Source: Bdellovibrionales bacterium
GTDB lineage: Bacteria; Bdellovibrionota; Bdellovibrionia; Bdellovibrionales; CAYMLA01
Reading direction: 5' to 3'
Length of the DNA: 64,000 nt
NCBI GenBank assembly: GCA_965217115.1
Contig: OZ244239.1
Location: 1,216,001 to 1,280,000 of the forward strand
Shown: positions 21,844 to 30,974 of the stretch, in pieces
Layout: every line of letters starts with the position of its first letter
How positions within the stretch are numbered: position 1 is the first letter of the stretch
Translations under genes and position numbers: made by a program
Notes under the pieces: model-generated
What the model was told of the DNA's origin: nothing
The model's input: the letters and a program-made list of their open reading frames with translations, nothing else
Databases searched by the model: none

Positions 21844-21887
21844 ATCCCCTTGGGTTAACAGCCCACAGACAATCTGCGAGCAAGGAT
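21844..21887 (-). promoter_or_regulatory. S6:S18-type ribosomal protein leader RNA
   Basis: Minus strand TCCTTG-[CTCGCAG attgt CTGTGGG]-CTG-TTAAC-CAAGGGG: outer stem sequesters the SD, inner hairpin, CCR-like position reads CUG. Confidence 0.6.
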
Positions 21888-22008
21888 AAAATCTAGCCAA
21901 GGAGAAATATCACGACTCAAGCCAATTCACAAGCGCCTCTTGCCCTTCGAGACCTTTTGTTAAATTTCTTATTGGCTTAAGACAAAAAAACTGTAATATA
22001 TTGAAATT

Positions 22009-22698
22009 ATGGACCTTTTTTTTGATGTGATCGAAGGAGCGGCTAAGGGCTCCCGTCATAAAATTAAAAATGGCATGTCTGTTGGCCGTCTAGAGGGGGA
22101 TCTCATTCTAAATGACTCCAAAGTCTCCTCTCTTCACGCTCGTGTTGGTAAGGACGACCGCGGAAGATTTCTCCTTGTCGACAACAACTCTTCAAACGGC
22201 ATGTTCATCAATGGACAGAGAGTTGGAAAAGCAACTCTGCTCCCTGGCCTCACCCTCCAAATAGGACAAACTCTCCTAAAAGTTGTCGAAGAGGGGTTTG
22301 GAGCATTTGTTCTTCAACCAGAAAAAAACTGGGAGGAAATGCTTGAGGAAGCCTTTATCAAAGGGGAAACCCTTGTAAAACAAATAGACAAAGGAGTCAG
22401 CCTTTTTCAACCAGCTTTAAAACTCACATTCATCCAGGGAATACAAACCGACCAAATTTGGGAGTTGTCCTATGGCCCTCGACATTTTGGCAAAGCCTCC
22501 TTTGAATTCCCCCTCTTTGAACCAAACTGTCCCGATCAATGTTTTGTTTTAGCCCCCCTCTCTCCATCAGAAATAGAGTTCCAAACACGGCACCCCCATA
22601 AAGTTCTGCTCAATGAACAAGAGAAATCCTCCGAAAAGATTAAAAGGGGAACTCTTATCCGTATTGGCGACACTGTGATTGAAATCGACTTTATCTAG
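22009..22698 (+). CDS. FHA-domain protein (canonical N-terminal FHA plus degenerate second FHA-like domain)
   Basis: VGR, VSSLHA, SSNGMFING; C-terminal half ends IRIGDTVI. Confidence 0.8.
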   Translation: MDLFFDVIEGAAKGSRHKIKNGMSVGRLEGDLILNDSKVSSLHARVGKDDRGRFLLVDNNSSNGMFINGQRVGKATLLPGLTLQIGQTLLKVVEEGFGAFVLQPEKNWEEMLEEAFIKGETLVKQIDKGVSLFQPALKLTFIQGIQTDQIWELSYGPRHFGKASFEFPLFEPNCPDQCFVLAPLSPSEIEFQTRHPHKVLLNEQEKSSEKIKRGTLIRIGDTVIEIDFI

Positions 22699-22712
22699 AG
22701 AGGAAAAATTTT

Positions 22713-23606
22713 ATGGGTCATATTGAAAAAAAAACTGGCTTCTTTAACAGTTTCGATGACGCCCCGATCTATTATGAGGTTAGGGGCGAGGGTCAACCCA
22801 TTGTTTTCGCCTATGGTCTCCTCTGTCTTATTAATCACTTCCATCCTCAACTGCAATATTTCTCAAAAAACTATCAAACCATTGTTTTTGATTACCGAGG
22901 ACATCACAAAAGTACCTCGCCAAAAAACAAAGATTCTTTAACCGTTGAAAGCCTCGCTAAAGACCTTCAGCTCCTGTTAGATCACTTAAACATCGAAAAA
23001 GCTCATTTTGTTGGACACAGCTTTGGTGCCCAGGTCTTATTAAAAAGTTACAACCTTTTTAGTGATCGTTTTTTATCCATTTCTTTTCTCAACGGATTTG
23101 CCCGTCTCCCTGCTGAGAATATGTTCGGCTCTCGCTTTGTTCCTGCGGCAGTAAAACTCTTACGAGAAACCCATAAAACAGCTCCTTCCCTCTCTTCTGC
23201 TCTATGGAAAATAGCTATTAACAATCCTATATCTATTGGCATTAGCTTCCTTGCAGGGGGGTTTAATCTACAGCTTACAAAAATCAAAGATGTGGAAATT
23301 TACATCAAAGGTGTCTCTTCTATTGATCTTGATGTTTTTACGGCGCTTTTTAATGAAATGGTGACACTCGATTTCCGCCCTCTATTAAAGAACATTCAAA
23401 TTCCTGTTCTCATTATTAGTGGAGATAAAGACACGCTCACTCCAGAAAAATACCAACAGGAACTTCATCGAGAGGTTTTTAAAAGTGAATTATTGCTTGT
23501 CCCCTATGGGTCCCACTGCACGCAATTGGATTTTCCTGAACTTATTAATTTACGTATTGAAAAGTTCTTCCACGATCAAAGAAAAAAAGACAAAACACAG
23601 GTTTAA
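22713..23606 (+). CDS. Alpha/beta hydrolase
   Basis: DYRGH, nucleophile elbow GHSFG, GDKD, GSH. Confidence 0.9.
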   Translation: MGHIEKKTGFFNSFDDAPIYYEVRGEGQPIVFAYGLLCLINHFHPQLQYFSKNYQTIVFDYRGHHKSTSPKNKDSLTVESLAKDLQLLLDHLNIEKAHFVGHSFGAQVLLKSYNLFSDRFLSISFLNGFARLPAENMFGSRFVPAAVKLLRETHKTAPSLSSALWKIAINNPISIGISFLAGGFNLQLTKIKDVEIYIKGVSSIDLDVFTALFNEMVTLDFRPLLKNIQIPVLIISGDKDTLTPEKYQQELHREVFKSELLLVPYGSHCTQLDFPELINLRIEKFFHDQRKKDKTQV

Positions 23607-23666
23607 AGGGTCTTTCACGACCCCTCTAAAAGAAAGAAAGAGAGTTTCTCTTTTCAGAAAATAAAG

Positions 23667-24998
23667 TTATTCAACGCTTTTCTCTGTAGGAGGATAGGCC
23701 TCGTTGATCAAGGCCTGATAAGCATTCACCATTCCGCCAGAAGCAATTCTTCCTTTTAGGACAGAAAAAGGCCTTGATGTTCTTTTCAGGCGCTCAATTA
23801 TTTGCTCGGGAGTGAGGTCTCTTTCATTGGAAAGAAGTAACGCCGCAACTCCTGAAACGTAGGGCACTGCGAATGATGTTCCTGAATTTAACTTAAGAAC
23901 ACCCGCAAGAGTTTTGCCTACGACGTGTTCCCCAGGAGCTGTTATATCCACTGTCTCTACACCAAAGTTAGAATCAGACCACAGTTTTCCTCTATTGGTC
24001 ATTGCCCCTACAGAAATAACATTCGGCACTTCATAGTTAGACGGATAATGGGAGGTGACGTCATTGTTTTGTCCCACATTTCCTGCAGAAGCGACAAACA
24101 ACACACCCTTTGCGTGAGCCCTTTCTATAGCTTCTTTAAGAATGTCTGAATAAGAACTGCCACCCCAAGAGTTACTTATAATATCAGCACCCATTTCTAT
24201 GGCATAATCAATGGCCATCACCACTCTGGCCGTGGTCCCTCTACCAAGAAAATCCGCGTATTTCAAAGACATCATTCTTACATCCCATGCAACTCCGACA
24301 AGACCAACACCGTCGCCACCCTTAGCCCCAATAACACTGGCACACATGGACCCATGGCCATTATCGTCCTTCGAATCACCATCGTTGTTCGCAAAATCAT
24401 AACCATGAATGTCATCAACAAAACCATTGCCATCATCATCAAGGCCATTGTTCGGGATTTCGCCTTCATTCACCCACAGGTTTCCACGGAGGTCTTCGGA
24501 TGAAAAATTCAATCCTGTATCAACAATAGCAATAACAATTTCTGGGCTTCCTGTTTGAATGTTCCACGCTTTCTCAGCTCCGATATCAACACCCCTAATA
24601 CCATCGAGGCCTTTTTGAGCGATTTTTTGTCCAAAATTAACTAAGCCCCACGAATATTTTAAATATTCATCATTTGGAATGCGATTTATTTTGTAAATAT
24701 AATTTGGTTCAGCATACTTCACCTCAGAGTAGGTTTTGAGGTCCTCCAAAACAAAATCGCTCTGCATCAGTATGGAGGCTCGAACAACTAAAACCTTCTC
24801 TCTCTTGTTTTTAATATCATAACCAAAAGACTGAACCTCGGCTCCTTCCTTAAACTGAATAACAAACTCTCCTGGAACAGCCTCAAAATCACTCAAGCTC
24901 TCTGCCGTTTTCTTCCCTTCTGTCTCTCCAGATCCATAGGCCATGGGACCCATTAAACTAAAACTGATAAGGCTCACTAATAAATGATTTAATCTCAT
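23667..24998 (-). CDS. Secreted S8 (subtilisin-like) serine protease
   Basis: Signal peptide, prodomain YAEPNY, triad AIVDTG / NGHGS / SGTSFAVP. Confidence 0.92.
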   Translation of the reverse strand: MRLNHLLVSLISFSLMGPMAYGSGETEGKKTAESLSDFEAVPGEFVIQFKEGAEVQSFGYDIKNKREKVLVVRASILMQSDFVLEDLKTYSEVKYAEPNYIYKINRIPNDEYLKYSWGLVNFGQKIAQKGLDGIRGVDIGAEKAWNIQTGSPEIVIAIVDTGLNFSSEDLRGNLWVNEGEIPNNGLDDDGNGFVDDIHGYDFANNDGDSKDDNGHGSMCASVIGAKGGDGVGLVGVAWDVRMMSLKYADFLGRGTTARVVMAIDYAIEMGADIISNSWGGSSYSDILKEAIERAHAKGVLFVASAGNVGQNNDVTSHYPSNYEVPNVISVGAMTNRGKLWSDSNFGVETVDITAPGEHVVGKTLAGVLKLNSGTSFAVPYVSGVAALLLSNERDLTPEQIIERLKRTSRPFSVLKGRIASGGMVNAYQALINEAYPPTEKSVE

Positions 24999-25236
24999 TT
25001 TACCCCCCCATGGAATCACTTTAAAAAGGCCTCTGTCTTAGATGAGACCTTTTCAATTTCAAAGTAGTACCATTTTCTGAACGTAGGATAAAACAAAAAA
25101 CCTCGTGTCTCCCTAACGCAGTGCTAAGGTGACAGGCTTCACTTCCTGTGAGCGTCTGTCCCCTTCTAAGCAAAAGCCATCCTAGCTGTTAAAAGATCAG
25201 ACAGCTTCTTCTTCGTTTTTGGTTAATTCTTGTTTT

Positions 25237-25998
25237 TTAAAATGAGGCTTTTAAAACTTCGCGATTCATTCGTGCGATGTTAGAGAGACTTATCTCTTTA
25301 GGGCAAACAGCAGAACATGACCCTGTGTTTGTGCAGGCACCAAATCCCTCTTCTTCCATTGTTGTTACCATTTTCTGTGTTCTTTCCTTCGCCTCTGTCT
25401 GCCCTTGGGGTAATAACGCTAAATGGGAAATCTTCGCACTGACAAAAAGCGATGCCGAAGCATTTTTACAAACAGCCACACAGGCTCCGCATCCAATGCA
25501 AGCCGCCGAATTAAAAGCTTCATCGGAATCCTCTTTTCTAATCGCTGTTGCATTTGCATCAGTCGCACTTCCTGTAGAGGCAGAGATATAGCCCCCCGAT
25601 GAAATAATACGGTCAAAAGCTGAGCGATTTACAACTAAGTCTTTTATCAAAGGAAAAGCCTTCGCTCTAAAGGGCTCAATTCTGATCGTGTCACCGTTTT
25701 TAAATGTTCTCATATGTAACTGACAAACGGTTGTTCCCTTTGATGGCCCATGGGGGTTTCCATCTATATTGACCCCACAAGTTCCACAAATTCCTTCACG
25801 ACAATCGTGATCAAAGGCCACGGGCTCTTCATTAGACGAGATTAATTCTTCATTTAATTGATCTAACATTTCCAAGAAAGAAGCGTGGGAGGAAACATCT
25901 TTAATCTGATATTCGATAAAACTCCCTTTTGATTCTGGACTCTTCTGTCTCCAAATCTTCAAGGTTAAGTTCATTAATTTACTGTTTTTTTCCGCCAT
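25237..25998 (-). CDS. sdhB: Succinate dehydrogenase/fumarate reductase Fe-S subunit
   Basis: [32 protein letters not shown]. Confidence 0.95.
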   Translation of the reverse strand: MAEKNSKLMNLTLKIWRQKSPESKGSFIEYQIKDVSSHASFLEMLDQLNEELISSNEEPVAFDHDCREGICGTCGVNIDGNPHGPSKGTTVCQLHMRTFKNGDTIRIEPFRAKAFPLIKDLVVNRSAFDRIISSGGYISASTGSATDANATAIRKEDSDEAFNSAACIGCGACVAVCKNASASLFVSAKISHLALLPQGQTEAKERTQKMVTTMEEEGFGACTNTGSCSAVCPKEISLSNIARMNREVLKASF

Positions 25999-26014
25999 CT
26001 CAGTTCCCTCTAAA

Positions 26015-27934
26015 CTATTTGTAACTTCTCGTTGCTAATTTAACTCTATCAAACTCTAAGTTCTCTCTGTGTAGTTCAAAATCGTTGGAATCACTCTTGC
26101 GCTCCCATGCGGCTACATAGCAAAAATTTTCATCATCCCTCTTAGCTTCTCCGCCTTCAGTCTGATACTCCTCTCGAAAGTGTCCACCACAGGACTCTTC
26201 TCGATTCAAAGCGTCTTTACACATCAGCTCACCTAATTCCAAAAAGTCGGCCACACGCCCTGCTTTCTCCAGCTCAGGGTTTAACTCCTTCGCAGAACCA
26301 GGAATTCGCAAGTCATGCCAGAACTCTTCACGGAGTTGAGGTATCTCTTTCAAGGCCTGTTCGAGCCCCCCTTTATTCCGTCCCATTCCACAGTTTTTCC
26401 ACATAATCCGACCAAGCCGTTTATGAAAACTATCCACAGAATGGGCCCCTTTGATATTCATTAATCTGCTGACCTCTTCTTCCACTTCATTGGCTGCCGA
26501 CTGAGCCTCGTCGCTCTTCCCGTTATAGTCACCAGGGCTTTCTCCGGCTAAGTAATTTGATAACGTTGCTGGAATAACAAAGTAGCCATCGGCCAATCCC
26601 TGCATCAATGCCGAGGCCCCTAAGCGATTCGCTCCATGATCTGAAAAGTTGGCCTCACCAAGAACAAACAAACCAGGTATTGTACTCTGTAAATGATAAT
26701 CAACCCACAAACCACCCATCGTGTAATGGGGAGCCGGAAATATACGCATTGGCTTTTGATAGGGATTCTCTCCAGTGATCCTCTGATACATATCAAATAA
26801 ATTACCATAACGAGACGAGACAGTGTCCTGCCCCAAGCGGCTAATTGCATCGCGGAAATCTAAATAAACAGCAACCCCCGTGTCTCCCACTCCATGGCCA
26901 TCATCCACACGATACTTCGCCTGCCGAGAAGCCACATCACGAGGAGCTAAATTACCAAAGCTCGGATAAACTCTCTCTAAATAATAATCCCTTTCACTGT
27001 CAGGAATTTTTTCTGGAGGTCTCTTATCTCCCCTTTTCTTTGGCACCCAAACTCGCCCATCATTGCGCAGAGATTCAGACATTAAGGTCAGTTTGGACTG
27101 CATTTCCCCTGCAACGGGAATACACGTGGGATGAATTTGTGTGTAACAGGGGTTTGCAAAAAAAGCCCCTTTCTTATGGGCCTTCCAAGAAGCCGTCACC
27201 GCCGAAGCCATCGCATTCGTTGAGAGAAAAAAGACATTGGAGTAGCCTCCCGAGCATAACAAAACAGCATCGCCCATGTGCGTTTCAATTTTACCTGTCA
27301 AAAGATCACGAACAACAACTCCTTTCGCCTTGCCATCGACTAAAACGAGATTCAACATTTCACGGCGAACATGTAAAACAACCTGTTTTTTTTCCACCTG
27401 TCTCATCATAGATTGATACGCTCCATAAAGAAGCTGCTGGCCCGTTTGCCCTTTGGCAAAAAACGTTCTCGATACCTGGGCACCACCAAAAGAGCGATTA
27501 TCAAGAAGACCACCGTAATCACGGGCAAAAGGCACGCCTTGAGCCACACATTGATCAATAATTTGGGATGAAATTTGAGCTAAGCGATAAACATTTGCCT
27601 CACGGGCGCGAAAATCTCCCCCTTTTACCGTGTCATAAAACAATCGGTGAACAGAGTCTCCATCTCCTTGATAATTTTTAGCGGCGTTAATCCCCCCCTG
27701 CGCTGCAACCGAGTGCGCCCTGCGCGCGCTTTCATGGGTGCAGAATGTGTGAACATTGTATCCCTGCTCTCCCAAAGTCGCTGAGGCACTTGCTCCCGCC
27801 AATCCTGTGCCGATACAGATAACTTTAAACTTTCGCTTATTAGATGGGTTTACTAACTTCATATCAAACTTGTGCTGATCCCACATTGTTTCAAGCGGGG
27901 TATCGGGAATCTTTGTCTCTAGTATTTTCGCCAT
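26015..27934 (-). CDS. sdhA: Succinate dehydrogenase/fumarate reductase flavoprotein
   Basis: [17 protein letters not shown] covalent-FAD His, [17 protein letters not shown]. Confidence 0.95.
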   Translation of the reverse strand: MAKILETKIPDTPLETMWDQHKFDMKLVNPSNKRKFKVICIGTGLAGASASATLGEQGYNVHTFCTHESARRAHSVAAQGGINAAKNYQGDGDSVHRLFYDTVKGGDFRAREANVYRLAQISSQIIDQCVAQGVPFARDYGGLLDNRSFGGAQVSRTFFAKGQTGQQLLYGAYQSMMRQVEKKQVVLHVRREMLNLVLVDGKAKGVVVRDLLTGKIETHMGDAVLLCSGGYSNVFFLSTNAMASAVTASWKAHKKGAFFANPCYTQIHPTCIPVAGEMQSKLTLMSESLRNDGRVWVPKKRGDKRPPEKIPDSERDYYLERVYPSFGNLAPRDVASRQAKYRVDDGHGVGDTGVAVYLDFRDAISRLGQDTVSSRYGNLFDMYQRITGENPYQKPMRIFPAPHYTMGGLWVDYHLQSTIPGLFVLGEANFSDHGANRLGASALMQGLADGYFVIPATLSNYLAGESPGDYNGKSDEAQSAANEVEEEVSRLMNIKGAHSVDSFHKRLGRIMWKNCGMGRNKGGLEQALKEIPQLREEFWHDLRIPGSAKELNPELEKAGRVADFLELGELMCKDALNREESCGGHFREEYQTEGGEAKRDDENFCYVAAWERKSDSNDFELHRENLEFDRVKLATRSYK

Positions 27935-27967
27935 TCTTTAACTCCAACTTCTTTTCTTAAAAGATTT

Positions 27968-28633
27968 TTAATAACAAAAATAAAAATAAAAGGGTTGCAC
28001 AATAAAACCGAGGGCCACAATCGCAGAATAAAAATAACCGATTTTCTTTATTTTCCCATGAAATTCTGTGGAAAAAAGCCCCAAAGACTGGAAGGCAGAA
28101 GCAAAACCATGGCTCAGATGAAACCACAACCCCAACAAGCAGACCCCGTACCAAGAGACGAAGATGGGATCTTGAAAAGATTCTCTCAATAAACGAAAAA
28201 TATCTCGCATTTTTTCACCACCGTACTCCACCTCGTAGTAAGTTCCGTACTTAAAGGAGATTAAATGGTAAACAACAAAGACAAGGATCAATGACCCATG
28301 GAAAATCATCGTTCTCGAAGCCAAGCTCGCCGCTCCATCGCCACTGGGAAGCTGCGCGTCTCCCGTTTGACGGGCTCCTCTGTTTTTCAACGTCAGTTGA
28401 ATTGCTAAAACAAGATGAGCCAATAAGGTCAAAGATAAAATGGCCTCCACCCCGTACAGAAGGGGCAAATTAGACACAATGCCATGGGCATAGCGATTGT
28501 AAACTTCTGGGCCAAAAAAAATAAGCATATTGCCCAACATATGCCCCATGATAAAACCACACCAGACAAGCCCAGTGATTGCCATTACGTATTTTTTACC
28601 AATGGATGTTTTAAAAAATTGAATCTGACCCAT
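27968..28633 (-). CDS. sdhC: Succinate dehydrogenase cytochrome b subunit (single-subunit anchor)
   Basis: SIGKK..MAITG, heme His motifs HMLGN / HL / HLSHG; directly upstream of sdhA. Confidence 0.92.
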   Translation of the reverse strand: MGQIQFFKTSIGKKYVMAITGLVWCGFIMGHMLGNMLIFFGPEVYNRYAHGIVSNLPLLYGVEAILSLTLLAHLVLAIQLTLKNRGARQTGDAQLPSGDGAASLASRTMIFHGSLILVFVVYHLISFKYGTYYEVEYGGEKMRDIFRLLRESFQDPIFVSWYGVCLLGLWFHLSHGFASAFQSLGLFSTEFHGKIKKIGYFYSAIVALGFIVQPFYFYFCY

Positions 28634-28761
28634 AACGATGCCCCGTGCCGAATTTCTACCTACTAAATATGTCGCTCTTTTTCAAAAAACACAAGGGTTC
28701 AGCTCTTTAACCCTGACCTAAGCTTGGCCACAACAGGCATCATGGGCACAAGAAAAAACAA

Positions 28762-29271
28762 CTAATACTCAGTCAATACTTTTTTTTCATTGATGCTAAA
28801 CTCTGTCGAGTAGCCGTATGCGCCAGTCGTCACAAGATTCTCCGAATTGGTCGTCCGAGTCGCGCAAGCAGTAAATTTGCTGGGGCCAGGCATACAGACC
28901 CCTTGGACATACGAGAACGCAGTGTAGGGGGTAGTGAGAAAACTCACCCCCTGGGTGTAGAGGCTCGGCGCGGTACCCCCAATATTTATACCAAAACCAA
29001 TTCGACCAAAATACTTTAACGGAACAGGCTCCAATCCAATCTCTGAAAGATCCCCAGAGTAGGTCTCATATTGAGCATAATGAGTCTTCTCTGCCGTGTA
29101 TATTCCGGATAAAACACCCTTTACCTCTGCTTTCTCGGCTCTCTCTATATAACCCTCGTAGCCTGGGACAGCAATGGCTGCCAACACGCCAATAATGGCC
29201 ACTACAACCATCAGCTCGACTAAAGAGAACCCCGCCGCTCTGGAAAGGATTTTAATTTTTCTAGAATCCAT
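28762..29271 (-). CDS. Type IVa pilin-like protein, copy 1
   Basis: Prepilin cleavage site AAG|FSLVELMVVVAIIGVLAAIAVP with E5; C-x9-C near the C-terminus. Confidence 0.92.
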   Translation of the reverse strand: MDSRKIKILSRAAGFSLVELMVVVAIIGVLAAIAVPGYEGYIERAEKAEVKGVLSGIYTAEKTHYAQYETYSGDLSEIGLEPVPLKYFGRIGFGINIGGTAPSLYTQGVSFLTTPYTAFSYVQGVCMPGPSKFTACATRTTNSENLVTTGAYGYSTEFSINEKKVLTEY

Positions 29272-29499
29272 CTCTTAATTTTACCACTTCTCTTTTAAAT
29301 GGACAAAGTTTTTACCCTTTTGAGACTATTTCCATTTTAAAAATAGACCTTTTAAAAAATGGAATCTGACCCATAACGATGCCCCGTGCCGAATTTTTAT
29401 CGACTAAATATGTCGCTCTTTTTCAAAAAAAACAAGGGATCAGCTCTTTAACCCTGACCTAAACTTGGGCACAACAGACATGGGCACAAGAAAAAACAA

Positions 29500-30006
29500 C
29501 TAATACTCTCTGAACACTTTTTTTTCATTGATGCTAAACTCTGTCTTCTGACCGAAAGCATTAACAAACAGCACATTAGTCGAGTCGGTCGTCCGAGTAG
29601 CGCAAGCATTAAATCCGCCGGGGCGAACCATACACACCTCTGGGCTATACCCTGACACAATGTAGGGGGCAGTGCCAAAACTCACCCCATGGGTGTAGAG
29701 ACTCGGCGTGGCCCGAGTGTTTGTAGAAAAACCAATTAGACCAAAATACTTTAACGGAACAGGCTCCAATCCAATCTCTGAAAGATCCCCAGAGTAGGTA
29801 TCATATTGAGCATAATGAGCCTTCTCTGCCGTGTATATTCCCGATAAAATAGCCTTTACCTCTGCTTTCTCGGCTCTCTCTATATAACCCTCGTAGCCTG
29901 GGACAGCAATGGCTGCCAACACGCCAATAATGGCCACTACAACCATCAGCTCGACTAAAGAGAACCCCGCCGCTCTGGAAAGGGTTTTAATTCTTCTAGA
30001 ATCCAT
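29500..30006 (-). CDS. Type IVa pilin-like protein, copy 2
   Basis: Same N-methylation motif; C-x9-C; divergent C-terminal loops. Confidence 0.92.
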   Translation of the reverse strand: MDSRRIKTLSRAAGFSLVELMVVVAIIGVLAAIAVPGYEGYIERAEKAEVKAILSGIYTAEKAHYAQYDTYSGDLSEIGLEPVPLKYFGLIGFSTNTRATPSLYTHGVSFGTAPYIVSGYSPEVCMVRPGGFNACATRTTDSTNVLFVNAFGQKTEFSINEKKVFREY

Positions 30007-30240
30007 CTCTTAATTCTACCATTTTTCTTTTAAATGGACAAAGTTTTTACCCTTTTGAGACTATTTCCATTTTAAAAATAGACCTTTTTTAAATAAAAAA
30101 TTGAATCTGGCCCATAACGATGCCCCGTGCCGAATTTTTATCGACTAAATATGTCGCTCTTTTTCAAAAAACACAAGGGTTCAGCTCTTTAACCCTGACC
30201 TAAGCTTGGCCACAACAGGCATGGGCACAAGAAAAAACAA

Positions 30241-30765
30241 CTAATACTCAGTCAGTTCTTTTTTTTCATTGATGCTAAACTCTGTCAGGAGGCCTTGGCC
30301 AGCACCCCAAACATCGGAGTGATCGGTCGTCCGAGTCGCGCAAGCAGTAAAATTTCCTCTGCCAGCCATACAAAGATTTTCGTGATACATGTTCACAAGG
30401 AGGTATGAATCGGTAAAACCCACCGTCTGGCTGTAGAGGTGGTTCGACCCGGGTTCTTCCGATTCAAAAATATAATCGTAGGCACCAAAACCAATTAGAC
30501 CAAAATGCTTTAACTGAACAGGCTCCAATCCTATCGCTGAAAGATCCCCAGAGTAAATATTATATTGAGCATAGTAGGTCTTCTCTGCTCCATATATTCC
30601 GGATAAAATAGCTTTTACCTCTACACTCTCGGCTCTCTTTATATAACCCTTGTAGCCTGGGACAGCAACGCTTGCTAACACGCCAATAATGGCCACTACA
30701 ACCATCAACTCGACTAAAGAGAACCCCAGCTCACTGGGAAGGTTTTTAATTCTTCCAAAATCCAT
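30241..30765 (-). CDS. Type IVa pilin-like protein, copy 3
   Basis: ELG|FSLVELMVVVAIIGVLASVAVP; C-x9-C; most divergent copy. Confidence 0.92.
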   Translation of the reverse strand: MDFGRIKNLPSELGFSLVELMVVVAIIGVLASVAVPGYKGYIKRAESVEVKAILSGIYGAEKTYYAQYNIYSGDLSAIGLEPVQLKHFGLIGFGAYDYIFESEEPGSNHLYSQTVGFTDSYLLVNMYHENLCMAGRGNFTACATRTTDHSDVWGAGQGLLTEFSINEKKELTEY

Positions 30766-30974
30766 TTCTTAATCCTACCACTTCAAATTCTTCAATGGGG
30801 TAAAAAGAAAAAAACTTTGCGTGGGGCCAACCACTCTGATTATTCCGTCCTAAAATGGGATAACTCGCCGTTTAAGTTTCTTTTACAAAACTAATCTATT
30901 GCCAAAACCATTGTTTTTAGGCACGGTTTTAAGCTCGTACTGAGAAAAAAATATTTACGCTTGGGGTGCTTCAG

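Larger units (their letters stand above)
28609..30784. repeat. Tandem triplication with 741-bp period (sdhC 5' end, intergenic DNA and pilin gene)
   Basis: gaatctg(a/g)cccataacgatgccccgtgccgaattt... recurs with CAT at 28631, 29372 and 30113; homology of the third unit fades near 30785. Confidence 0.95.

Noticed and set aside
25084..25220. Assignment of the structured element to a TPP or c-di-GMP riboswitch, SRP RNA or 6S RNA
   Set aside because: Only fragments of the signature motifs are present and not in the right order; left as an unassigned candidate
28634..28655. Sigma-54-like CGGCACG upstream of sdhC and in each repeat unit; also TGGCAATAGATTAGT near 30890-30905
   Set aside because: The required GC at -12, ten nt after GG, is missing in both
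29448..29678. 76-aa alternative-frame ORF overlapping the 3' end of pilin copy 2
   Set aside because: Shadow frame with no RBS or motif; no equivalent ORF is listed for the other units
28609..30240. Repeated intergenic blocks as a CRISPR array
   Set aside because: Repeats exceed 150 bp and are separated by homologous genes rather than unique 30-40 bp spacers; no cas genes
28609..30784. Pilin array as a diversity-generating retroelement, shufflon or integron cassette array
   Set aside because: No reverse transcriptase, recombinase or integrase in the window; substitutions are not adenine-specific and include indels; the repeats are direct, contain whole genes and show no attC-like palindromes
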